From assembly GCA_048938385.1 (NCBI GenBank), contig JBHLMG010000018.1, positions 1 to 45,975 on the forward strand: DNA of 45,975 bases, written 5' to 3'. Numbering within the stretch: the stretch's first letter is position 1; each line of letters starts with the position of its first letter. Below the pieces are notes generated by a model. The model was not told the DNA's origin. It did no database searches and worked only from the letters and a program-made list of their open reading frames with translations. The translations under genes and the position numbers were made by a program. Positions 1 through 8,401 of the stretch are shown here, in pieces. The stretch is from Promethearchaeota archaeon. GTDB lineage: Archaea > Asgardarchaeota > Hermodarchaeia > Hermodarchaeales > Hermodarchaeaceae.

Positions 1-608
1 CCGCGTTGGCGGAGGAGGCGGCGGAGGTATTCGGTGATGTCGCGGCCGGCGAGGTCGACGCGGCTGATGGCGTGGGTGAGGGCGAAGCCTTCGTAGATGG
101 GGACGATGTGGGTGACGCCGTCGCCGGAGTCGATGACGAGGCCGGTGGTCCGCCCTGACGCGTACAAGCTCAAGACGGCTTGCATGGCGACGTAGATGGC
201 GGGGATGTTGAAGGTTTCGAACATGATTTCCGCCATTTTCTCGCGGTTGGCGCGTGGGTTGAGGGGGGCCTCCGTCAAGAGGATAGGGTGTTCGGTGGGG
301 TCGACGCGGAGGTCGTTGTAGAAGGTGTAGTGCCAGATCTTTTCCATGGCGGGCCAGTCGGTGATTTGGCCGTGGGCGATGGGGTAGACGAGCTTTAGGA
401 CACCTCGGAGTTGGAGGGCCTCTTCGCCGATGTAGTACTCGCGGGTGTAGTGTTCGACATCGGTCATGTAGGCCGGGTACTTGGGGTAGCCGATGAGCGT
501 GGGGAACACGCTGCGTGGCTGGTCTTCACCGGCGTAGCCGTTTTTGCTTAAGCCGGTGCCGTTGTCAACCACCAAGGGTTTGGCGGTGACCATTTCTTCT
601 TCTGCCAT
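1..608 (-). CDS. Actin (Asgard/Lokiactin type), 3'-truncated by window edge
   Basis: Hand translation from ATG at 608: [44 protein letters not shown]...[135 protein letters not shown]. Contains classic actin motifs (DNGx[18 protein letters not shown]). Confidence 0.98.
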   Translation of the reverse strand, partial: MAEEEMVTAKPLVVDNGTGLSKNGYAGEDQPRSVFPTLIGYPKYPAYMTDVEHYTREYYIGEEALQLRGVLKLVYPIAHGQITDWPAMEKIWHYTFYNDLRVDPTEHPILLTEAPLNPRANREKMAEIMFETFNIPAIYVAMQAVLSLYASGRTTGLVIDSGDGVTHIVPIYEGFALTHAISRVDLAGRDITEYLRRLLRQR

Positions 609-701
609 AAGGTTAATTCAGCTCCTTCGAAGGGTGTTTTTTGTGAAAAGGGGAGGAGTCAGCTGGAAATCTATACCAGGCTGGTCTTCGTATTCCCATA
701 G

Positions 702-718
702 AAAATTCGGCGAATTTT
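702..718. promoter_or_regulatory. Perfect inverted repeat AAAATTCG-G-CGAATTTT, candidate operator
   Basis: 8-bp arms with a 1-nt spacer, 1 nt from the putative actin TATA box on its downstream side. Confidence 0.5.
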
Positions 719-719
719 G

Positions 720-728
720 TTTATAAAA
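720..728 (-). promoter_or_regulatory. Putative TATA box of actin gene
   Basis: TTTTATAAA on minus strand about 110 nt upstream of the actin ATG. Confidence 0.55.
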
Positions 729-862
729 CTTCAGGCGGGTTTTCGGGTCATCCCTATCAACGTTATGGTTCATAGCGATGTTGAATCAAATCGCAAAGCC
801 CTAATCTGGCTGGTGGGTGGGACGAGCCATTTATATGCGGGTCTTCGCTAGACTTTTTTGAT

Positions 863-1588
863 GTGTACCTGGTTCTGGGAGAGTTTGTCTGCCGAGTGAA
901 CCAAACATCGTGGTGGCACGGAGTGTCAGTGGGCAAAGTAAAACGAGTCATTGGCGGCGTTGAAGCACGCGAAATTATCCTCCACCAACTCCTCGACGGC
1001 CCACAGACGGGGATCGTGTTGCGCGCCGCGATTGGGCGACGCGTGTCGAAATCCGTGGATGAAGTCTCCGATGCCATGCTGTATTTTAACCTCCAGCACC
1101 TCGAAAACAACGGGCTCATTGAACGCTTCCGGGACGGCAAAGAGAAAGCCGCACGAATCGTTCCGGCGCAAATCCAAAGCGTCCGCCGCGTTTTAGGCGT
1201 CAAGGCCCCCATAGCCTATTTGGGCGCGATCGGTGAAGATCCGGGCGTGTTGCACGCGGTGCCTAAACGGATTCGGGCCGAAACCACCTATCGTCCCGAA
1301 AAATACCACTACTTCGTGGAGGAGGCGACGCAGCGTCGGCTCAGTGGTCTGACGGCGGAACGGGTGCTCCATGAAGTGCCCACCGACATCTTCTACCACG
1401 ATTTGGGGAGAATGTATGAACTCGTCTACCACCTGTCCCAAGAACTCATCCGGGAATATGCGATTCTCATCGATGTCACCGGGGGCGGAAAGGTCTGTGC
1501 CCTCGCCCTCTTTCAGCTTGCCATCGAATTTGATTTGCCTTGTATTTTCGTCAACGAACTGGGCAGCGTGACCTGGATGCGCCGCTAG
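863..1588 (+). CDS. Winged-helix + CARF-like domain protein, putative nucleotide-sensing transcription regulator
   Basis: N-terminal half resembles an ArsR/PadR-type wHTH (REIILHQLLDGP...LYFNLQHLENNGLIERFRDGKEK). C-terminal half is Rossmann-like with the CARF motif ILIDVTGGGKVCALAL..LA...PCIFV. TATA-like TTTATATG at 830-837. True start may be GTG at 929 (GGAG upstream). Confidence 0.75.
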   Translation: MYLVLGEFVCRVNQTSWWHGVSVGKVKRVIGGVEAREIILHQLLDGPQTGIVLRAAIGRRVSKSVDEVSDAMLYFNLQHLENNGLIERFRDGKEKAARIVPAQIQSVRRVLGVKAPIAYLGAIGEDPGVLHAVPKRIRAETTYRPEKYHYFVEEATQRRLSGLTAERVLHEVPTDIFYHDLGRMYELVYHLSQELIREYAILIDVTGGGKVCALALFQLAIEFDLPCIFVNELGSVTWMRR

Positions 1589-1630
1589 TTCCGTTCAACT
1601 CCTAGTGTGGTGAAGGATTTAGTACGGGTT

Positions 1631-3835
1631 TTAGGGTCCCGTATGGTTGTGATCTACCAGCGTGTAGGGAATATGGGTTTGTAAGGGTCCAATGAGCTGC
1701 TTTTGCCGCAAACTGAAAATGGCTTCAAACACCTCAAGGGACTCAGCGTCAGAGTCGCTGGTGTACCGGTCAAGGAGGTCTCGAATTAAAAAGGAGTCCT
1801 GTTCAGCGTTGAGCGCCTTTGCTAGGCTAAAGAGGCGCCGTTCCGCAGAGGTGAGGGACACCTCATCGCTTTTCTCGGTGCGAACAGCATGGGGTAGTCG
1901 GAAACTAATGAAGAAATATTTGTCCACCAGATCGATGGCTTCCCCGAAGATGTTCAGTCGCCCGGCCCAATTTTCGAGCACATCAGCGTATTCTTCTTCG
2001 AAGGCGAGGGTAAACTGTTCTAATCGTGCGTGGAGTTGGTCACTGGGTGGTTGTTTGAAAATGATGGCGTTGCGCATGTAGGTTCCATCGTGCACAACGA
2101 TGTGGAAGTCGCGGTATTTGATTTCACGTAGGGGCGTATCGTGATCTTCGATGGGAACATAGGAATCCTCGTTCTCGGTTTCGGTTAAGGAAATGCCGAA
2201 GGTCGTGATGGCTTGAATCAACGCCGTCACTAAGTTCGCGTTCATGGTGCGATCCATGATGGGATCCAGGAGGCAGAGCCCGGTTTCTTTATGGATGAGC
2301 AAAATCCGTTTGATTTTTTCAATGTCGGCGAACGAGTCGGCCAGCGTTTGGAGGAGGCGCCGGCGTGTTCGTTGTTTGGGAAGAAGAAATTGCTGACGGT
2401 AGAACACGAATAGTACGAGGAACACGGCGACGAGGATCACGACGACCCAGAGGATGAGCCCTCCATAGAGGGTGAACGGGGACATGGGCACGGTACAATA
2501 AATTGCCCAGAGACCATCTTCGGCATGATCGATAAACACCGTGGTCCCCATTATAGTCCAGTCCTCGTAGAGGAGGGTGTTTCGCGTGATGAAGCGTACG
2601 ATCCATTCGGGATCCAGCTCGATGAGAACAGTTTGATTTTTGACATTCTGCGGAAAATCGATGATGATTGTGACCGCCCAATTCACCTCTAAATGCCCGG
2701 AGGTAAAATCAAAACCTGCCAGGATGGAGGTACTTTCGATGAATGCACCAGTCCACTCAACATCGAACTCAACAGGCCACTGGTAGAATTCCAACCAATT
2801 CACCGTAACCTGAAAATTGCGACCTGCCCCGTTTAAGGCCAGGGGTGGTTGAAACGCGCCGCTATCCCACCATCCTTTTGAGGGCGTTAAAACATTGGTG
2901 ACTGCGATTCCGTTAACCTGCATGTTGATATCGGTAGGGAAGACTTCGAGGGACTCGGGAAGGATTGAGATATTGAGAAAAAGATCGCGGCGTCGGTAGA
3001 AAAAGGAGCTGTAGTAGTCGTAGCAGTCACCTTCGTCCTCTTCATCAGGATTGGCATCATCTCGACAATAGACCCAGTTTACTCGAGTATCGTCATCGTA
3101 GGCGCGGGCGAGGGCGAAATAGTAGGTGTTGAGAAACGTGGTCAGGGGATTGAGGATGAGGGTACTCTCGTTGGTATCGATCCACACCCAACGCTCCTGG
3201 CCTGGCGGAATGAGCGGCGAGATCGGCTCTTCTCTCCAGTCAGTGAGTACTGCAGAAGTATTAGGGATCGTAGCGGCACTAGTTCCGGGTTGTGCACCGT
3301 ACACACGATAGCGAAAAATGCCTTTAGATTCACCGCGAAGGTAGATCCAAAAGCCATCCACACGCACCGGGTCAGTGCCATTGATAGTGAAGCTCATAAA
3401 TGATGTTTCTGTCTCCCAGATTAGATTTTCAAATGCGCTGTTGCGTGGGTTATAATCTTCAACCACAAGTTGGATGGGTTCGGGTTCAATTCGGGTGAAA
3501 TTAAGCGTTTCCCGGCTCAGCATTCCTTGCAACGCCTCAGCAGAGAACGCCGTGTGGCTATTCCAAGATTGCCAGTGAACTTGCTGATTCCATCGTAACT
3601 GAGCCTGGAGGGTATTTTCAGTGCCTGGAAGCTGTAAATACCTCAACGGAATAGGAAAAGAGGTTCCAACACATGAATGCCTTGGTGAGTAGGAGTAAAC
3701 ATCATGTTGAGGGACATCGGATGGAACGCAGTGTGAAAAGGTGAGCAGATTAGCACAGGCCATTAGAATCAGGCTAAGAGTCAGACCTATCATATGAAGG
3801 CCCGACGAAGCCCGGGGTCCCTTCATACCTTCCAC
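1631..3835 (-). CDS. Single-pass membrane protein: signal peptide, large extracellular region, TM helix, cytoplasmic longin-like domain and C-terminal helix-turn-helix-like domain
   Basis: Hydrophobic N-terminus; TM segment GGLILWVVVILVAVFLVLFVFY followed by basic residues. Cytoplasmic ILLIHKETGLCL...LVTALIQAITTFG...LREIKYRDFHIVVHDG...PSDQL..RLEQF...FEEEY...LENWAG matches the pattern of Asgard longin-like domains. Confidence 0.75.
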   Translation of the reverse strand: MEGMKGPRASSGLHMIGLTLSLILMACANLLTFSHCVPSDVPQHDVYSYSPRHSCVGTSFPIPLRYLQLPGTENTLQAQLRWNQQVHWQSWNSHTAFSAEALQGMLSRETLNFTRIEPEPIQLVVEDYNPRNSAFENLIWETETSFMSFTINGTDPVRVDGFWIYLRGESKGIFRYRVYGAQPGTSAATIPNTSAVLTDWREEPISPLIPPGQERWVWIDTNESTLILNPLTTFLNTYYFALARAYDDDTRVNWVYCRDDANPDEEDEGDCYDYYSSFFYRRRDLFLNISILPESLEVFPTDINMQVNGIAVTNVLTPSKGWWDSGAFQPPLALNGAGRNFQVTVNWLEFYQWPVEFDVEWTGAFIESTSILAGFDFTSGHLEVNWAVTIIIDFPQNVKNQTVLIELDPEWIVRFITRNTLLYEDWTIMGTTVFIDHAEDGLWAIYCTVPMSPFTLYGGLILWVVVILVAVFLVLFVFYRQQFLLPKQRTRRRLLQTLADSFADIEKIKRILLIHKETGLCLLDPIMDRTMNANLVTALIQAITTFGISLTETENEDSYVPIEDHDTPLREIKYRDFHIVVHDGTYMRNAIIFKQPPSDQLHARLEQFTLAFEEEYADVLENWAGRLNIFGEAIDLVDKYFFISFRLPHAVRTEKSDEVSLTSAERRLFSLAKALNAEQDSFLIRDLLDRYTSDSDAESLEVFEAIFSLRQKQLIGPLQTHIPYTLVDHNHTGP

Positions 3836-4058
3836 TACTTCCCTTTTTCAGATGCACCACGAACACAATGATACACTTATCACATTGGTTGGTGCGGCAA
3901 CTCTGGAAATCTGTAGCATTTGAGAACCGCCCTCAACACGATAAATACTTTTGTTCACAACGATTGGGGAAGAGAAACGGTTGGAGTTTTCGAAATTTTG
4001 GTTTGAAACGCAACCGACAAAAACCTGAAATTTTTGCTGAAAAACTGAATGGATTGCA

Positions 4059-4775
4059 CTAGTCGCTGTGAGGAGCGAATGGAACAAACGCGGCGTCGCG
4101 AAGGATTGGGGTCAAACTGAATCGGTTTGGTTGGGCGCAAAAGTAGATGTCGTCTTCATAACCTGCCTGGACGAGGATGCTACCATGCCGACTGACGAGG
4201 AGTTCACGGGCAATGTCTCCCGTATCGGCGTAGCTGCGGGGATCGTTGGGTCGTTCAATCCGGCTGATGATATGGTAGGAGGTAAAGTCATCCTCTAAGG
4301 CAGGACCATGCATGCTTCCCGCGGATATTACCGAAATTTGTCGTTGCGATTGGTGAGAGAGGGTGCGGGCTGTCGCGGCGACATGTTCGATGTTTAAGAA
4401 CGCCCCCACGAGGATAGTAGCGGTCTTTGGGGGTTTGCCTAAGGTACGAGTGAAATTACTCGTCGTTAAGATGATGGGACGCCCATGGATTCGCTGGGTG
4501 AAAAAGCTTCGGGGGGAATTTCCGTAATCAAACCCTGCCGGGGCATGGGCGGCTCGTTCGCCTGCGAGAAACCCATCAGGATAGTAATAAATTAGGTCAC
4601 GGGCTTCCTCAACAGTGGGAACGGGGATGATTTTCGATGCGCCGTTGGCGAGAGCAGTGATAATTGTACTACTGGCACGTAAGACATCGACGAGGATCAC
4701 GATGTGGTTGGCGGTCACAGCGTTGGCGAGCGCGTCGGGTCCGACCCCATGGTTCACTGTACGCAGAGACGACAT
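4059..4775 (-). CDS. comB: 2-phosphosulfolactate phosphatase (ComB) family protein
   Basis: VDVLRASSTI, LAGER, FDYGNSP, ILTTSNFT, GAFLN, LEDD motifs. Confidence 0.88.
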   Translation of the reverse strand: MSSLRTVNHGVGPDALANAVTANHIVILVDVLRASSTIITALANGASKIIPVPTVEEARDLIYYYPDGFLAGERAAHAPAGFDYGNSPRSFFTQRIHGRPIILTTSNFTRTLGKPPKTATILVGAFLNIEHVAATARTLSHQSQRQISVISAGSMHGPALEDDFTSYHIISRIERPNDPRSYADTGDIARELLVSRHGSILVQAGYEDDIYFCAQPNRFSLTPILRDAAFVPFAPHSD

Positions 4776-4804
4776 GATATAGAAGGCTCTGGCGTTGTCG
4801 AGGT

Positions 4805-5431
4805 TTAAGGTTTCGGAGTCACCATGAGGTGTAGCTGTCGGCGATAGTAGAGAATTCGGTAAAGGACGGTGAGATGGCTGAGGATGGCTACTAGTATGAC
4901 GCCTAGATAGGGGAATCCTGGGTGTAGCACTGAGAGCAGGCTCGTCACGACCAAGATGAACAGGCGTTCGGATCGCGCAGCCAATCCCACATCAGTATCC
5001 AAAACACCAGCCGCTTGCGCGCGACTACGCGCATAGCTCACTAAGAGGCTTCCAGTCATAGCCGCTGTAACCCACCACCAGGTGGGACCTAACTGGGGCC
5101 AGGGATTGACCGTCCAAAGGAAGGGAGCGAGCACCACTAAGTCAGAGATTCGATCCAGCATCGAATCGACAAACCCTCCGCGAAGGGATGTTCGTTCGGT
5201 TCGGCGTGCGACCTCTCCATCAACGCCATCTAAGACGCCGGCAAGGAAGACCAACCCTCCATAAGCGAGGTACCACTGCCACAGATGGAGGACTAGGGCA
5301 GCTCCCAGCGCTACAAGGAAGGCAAGACCACTAATAGAATTGGGACCTAGACCAAGTTTTACGAATCCCCCAGCCAACCATTTGACTAAAGGTCCGAAGA
5401 CCCGACGGAGACGCCAGCGTGACGGCACCAT
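4805..5431 (-). CDS. CDP-alcohol phosphatidyltransferase (archaetidylinositol phosphate synthase-like)
   Basis: Signature DGVDGEVARR...GGFVDSMLDRISD; SYARSRA; RSER; multiple TM segments. Confidence 0.93.
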   Translation of the reverse strand: MVPSRWRLRRVFGPLVKWLAGGFVKLGLGPNSISGLAFLVALGAALVLHLWQWYLAYGGLVFLAGVLDGVDGEVARRTERTSLRGGFVDSMLDRISDLVVLAPFLWTVNPWPQLGPTWWWVTAAMTGSLLVSYARSRAQAAGVLDTDVGLAARSERLFILVVTSLLSVLHPGFPYLGVILVAILSHLTVLYRILYYRRQLHLMVTPKP

Positions 5432-5448
5432 AACTCACTTCCCAGTGC

Positions 5449-6456
5449 TTAGTAGACTACATTCCCCCTCGCATCAAGGATCGCAGCCTGGAGTTCTACA
5501 TTTGTCGGGACATGCGTATGTGCCAAGGTGATACACCGGGTCAACGAGGCGTTCGCATTTACTCGTGTGGATGCACCCAAACTCGTGGAATCTTTCACTT
5601 CACATCCTTCATCAATGTACACTCCTGGCCCCAATAACACCGGCCCTTCGACAACTGAATCCCTTCCTAATGTCAGCGAAGCACTCTGCACTGGGCCGGT
5701 CATCGATGTACTAGGAGGAAGGTAGGTTCCAGGAGGACGCGGTGTGGGGGGCCATGCGGTTGTAAGAAGATGGTGATTCAACGCCACCAAACTAGCGGGG
5801 GTATCTACATCGTACCATCCCTCCGCTTGAACGGGAACCCCGCGAATAGGATACCCCTCGGCAAGCCAGCGTTGTAGCAGATCAAAGACCGTGGTTGGAG
5901 AAGAGGGGTGAAGAGCAAGAGCATCGATGAAAAAGCGTACGCTCGCACGAAGGATTGGAAGCGCAGAGTGAAAAGCCGGAAGGTGGACGGGAGACTGAAT
6001 GAGCTCCGAGATGGAGTGATTGGCGTCTACCCGAAGAAGGGTCCCTGGGCGTTTAGTGCTGGAATCATAGAGCAGAACCGGCTCTGTAGCAGTTGGTGTG
6101 ATTAGGTGGAGGATCTGTGGAGTCAGGTACAAATCCCCGGGTAGGAGAACGCAAGGTGTATCCGGGTTAAGATGGGGTAAAACAGCTTGGAAGGAGGCGA
6201 GGGGTCCCTGTGCCCAATTCGGCGCAACTATGGGAACGACTCGATGTTGCCGGGCTACTTGCTCGAGGAATTGTTGCAGGTGGTCACCGGCGTAACCTAC
6301 CGTTACATAGATGGGGGAAAACCCCACCAGGCTCACGGTAGTGAGCAGGTAATCGAGGAGTGGCCAGTTGGCCGCGGGGAGAAGCGGTTTTGGCAGATGG
6401 TCTGTGAGAGGCGCGAACCGCTTTCCACGACCACTTGCTAAAATCACAGCTTGCAA
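5449..6456 (-). CDS. Sugar/polyol-phosphate nucleotidyltransferase with C-terminal left-handed beta-helix
   Basis: VILASGRGKRFAPLTDHLPKPLLP; WYDVDTP; hexapeptide repeats (VEGPVLLGPGVYIDEGCEV). Confidence 0.88.
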   Translation of the reverse strand: MQAVILASGRGKRFAPLTDHLPKPLLPAANWPLLDYLLTTVSLVGFSPIYVTVGYAGDHLQQFLEQVARQHRVVPIVAPNWAQGPLASFQAVLPHLNPDTPCVLLPGDLYLTPQILHLITPTATEPVLLYDSSTKRPGTLLRVDANHSISELIQSPVHLPAFHSALPILRASVRFFIDALALHPSSPTTVFDLLQRWLAEGYPIRGVPVQAEGWYDVDTPASLVALNHHLLTTAWPPTPRPPGTYLPPSTSMTGPVQSASLTLGRDSVVEGPVLLGPGVYIDEGCEVKDSTSLGASTRVNANASLTRCITLAHTHVPTNVELQAAILDARGNVVY

Positions 6457-6520
6457 AGTGCGAGCCTCGAACAGGTTTTAATTGAGGAATGCATTCTTCT
6501 TAGGTGGTGGCAACTCAAAA

Positions 6521-7159
6521 ATGACTAGGCGTCAGGCCGTTGATCCCCAGAACCCCGATCAACGAGTCATCAACGAAGTAGCGGCTCTGATCCAGCAGGG
6601 CGGTCTGGTGGTGCTCCCAACGGACACGGCCTACGGGCTCGCTGGAGACCCCCAGAACCCCACTGTAGTAAACCGGGTTCTCACTGTAAAACGCCGCGTT
6701 GGGAAACCGGGTATGCCTCTACTCGTTGCTAGCCTAGCCCAAGCGCGTCGCTTCGGAAACTTTTCAAAACTTGCTGAAGCCTTAGCCACCCGGTTTTGGC
6801 CAGGAGCGTTAACCCTCGTGGTCCCAACGCATCACACCTTTCCTACTGGCATCCTAGGTCCCCAGAACTCTCTTGCCTTGCGAATACCCAACCACCCAGT
6901 CGCCCTGGCTGTAATCCAGACCCTAAAGGCCCCGGTGATTGGCACTAGCGCTAACAAATCCACGGCACCGAGCCCCCGCAGTGCAGAAGCCGCTATTGCT
7001 CAAATGGGAGATGCAGTCGACTTGGTTCTGGATGCAGGTCCTACACCACTATCAAAGGATTCTACCATCATTAACTGCACCATCACCCCGCCAGAAATCT
7101 TGCGGCGTGGAGCTCTTCCCGTGGCTACTTTGCGCCCCCTATTGGATTTTCAGGAATAG
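6521..7159 (+). CDS. tsaC: L-threonylcarbamoyladenylate synthase (TsaC/Sua5, YrdC domain only)
   Basis: PTDTAYGL, KRR, FWPGALT, RIPNH, SANKS, ILRRGA; ATG at 6521 chosen. Confidence 0.93.
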   Translation: MTRRQAVDPQNPDQRVINEVAALIQQGGLVVLPTDTAYGLAGDPQNPTVVNRVLTVKRRVGKPGMPLLVASLAQARRFGNFSKLAEALATRFWPGALTLVVPTHHTFPTGILGPQNSLALRIPNHPVALAVIQTLKAPVIGTSANKSTAPSPRSAEAAIAQMGDAVDLVLDAGPTPLSKDSTIINCTITPPEILRRGALPVATLRPLLDFQE

Positions 7160-7230
7160 GAGAAATCTGGAGATGGATGGAGCGCACTTCCTGAAGACTT
7201 AAAAAAGGTAGCGCGCACCCTTTGAATCAT

Positions 7231-7761
7231 ATGCTATCCGTCGATGACAAATTCAATCTGCTCCTCTCGTGCCGTCGATTCCAAGAAGCAGAAAGCTGTC
7301 AAGAACTCAGTCGACTCCTCGATGAGGAAACCAACTTTGGATCTCTCGGGTGGTGCAAACTCACTGGAATCACCTGCTTGGTCGTGGCGAACATTGACGG
7401 AGATGCCCATCAGTTTGTTATCCGAGTGGGAGAATTAGTCAAAAAGATGCCTTGGATCGTCCAAGACCTTTTGAAAATTCACCCTATTGACCTCGTCGTT
7501 GAAAGCACCGTGGACGCTATTCGGGCAGGTAGTAAAGAACTCGCCAAGCGAATGAAAAAGACCGAAAAATTTCGGGTGAACCTAAATCGTCGCGATACTG
7601 ATTTAGACCGGGATAAACTGTTACACCTTGTAGCAACCCAGTTTCCAGGTCAAGTCGATTTAGAAGAGTATGACTGGATTGTCGCCGTAGAGATATTGGG
7701 ACCCATTACTGGACTGGCTCTGCTTCGAGAAGAGGAGATCGTAACTCTCCGCCGTCCTTAA
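7231..7761 (+). CDS. Stand-alone THUMP domain RNA-binding protein
   Basis: FNLLLSC.RFQE.E, KFRVNLNRR, VDLEEYDWIVAVEILG..TGLALL. Confidence 0.85.
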   Translation: MLSVDDKFNLLLSCRRFQEAESCQELSRLLDEETNFGSLGWCKLTGITCLVVANIDGDAHQFVIRVGELVKKMPWIVQDLLKIHPIDLVVESTVDAIRAGSKELAKRMKKTEKFRVNLNRRDTDLDRDKLLHLVATQFPGQVDLEEYDWIVAVEILGPITGLALLREEEIVTLRRP

Positions 7762-8357
7762 TGGGAAATTGCGAGAAGAGCGCAGCGGTCATAAATCAAC
7801 TTTTGCACAGCTTGCGTGCGTTCCGTGAAACTGTCAGTTGAAGAGATAGCTTCTAGTTCCAGGTCAGTAATTTGAAACAGCTTCTGAATCCTCGCCAGCT
7901 TCTCGTTCGATGCGATTTCGAGCACCGAGGGGGTATCCGTGGCAGGAGCTAGGCGAAGAAACTCCTGATACACGCCTTTTAGATGTGCAGCATCGGTGTG
8001 AATGAGGACACCGCCCACATGTTGTGTGGATGCATCCAGCCCAATTGTGTCGAGAGCTTTGGAAATCTGGCGTTGTGCGGCAGCGAAGCGTAGGATCTCT
8101 GTTGCTAAAGTGGACGCTCGATTCGTACCACGATGAAAGGCCGTTAAAGCATGCATCGCAGCGAAGAGCAGGTGGTCGGGACTCGCAATGAAAGCAGCGT
8201 TTACCGCCTGGAATGTCACCTGAGCTGAATTCGTCACAGGTTGCATTCGTTCTAACAGGGTCATGGGTGGGATAGACTGACTGAGCGTGGACCCAAAGAT
8301 ACCCACGATGTGTTTAGTGGGACCGATACGGACTTCGTGAAGTTGGAGAGGAGCCAT
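7758..8357 (-). CDS. cgi121: KEOPS complex subunit Cgi121
   Basis: HLLFAAMHAL.AF.RG.NRASTLATEILRFAAAQRQISKAL..IG; F.I...EL; DRCALL. Confidence 0.92.
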   Translation of the reverse strand: MAPLQLHEVRIGPTKHIVGIFGSTLSQSIPPMTLLERMQPVTNSAQVTFQAVNAAFIASPDHLLFAAMHALTAFHRGTNRASTLATEILRFAAAQRQISKALDTIGLDASTQHVGGVLIHTDAAHLKGVYQEFLRLAPATDTPSVLEIASNEKLARIQKLFQITDLELEAISSTDSFTERTQAVQKLIYDRCALLAISH

Positions 8358-8401
8358 GTCGCGTTTCCACCTCAATTAGTGGAGATAAAGTGGTTGATAA
8401 A

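Noticed and set aside
180-726. Plus-strand ORFs 180-398 and 544-726
   Set aside because: Antisense shadows of the actin gene and its upstream region.
3836-4058. Replication origin in the AT-rich gap
   Set aside because: No repeated ORB-like elements and no cdc6/orc1 gene in the window.
4059-4775. Evidence for coenzyme M biosynthesis or methanogenesis
   Set aside because: ComB homologues are widespread and no other CoM or mcr genes are in the window.
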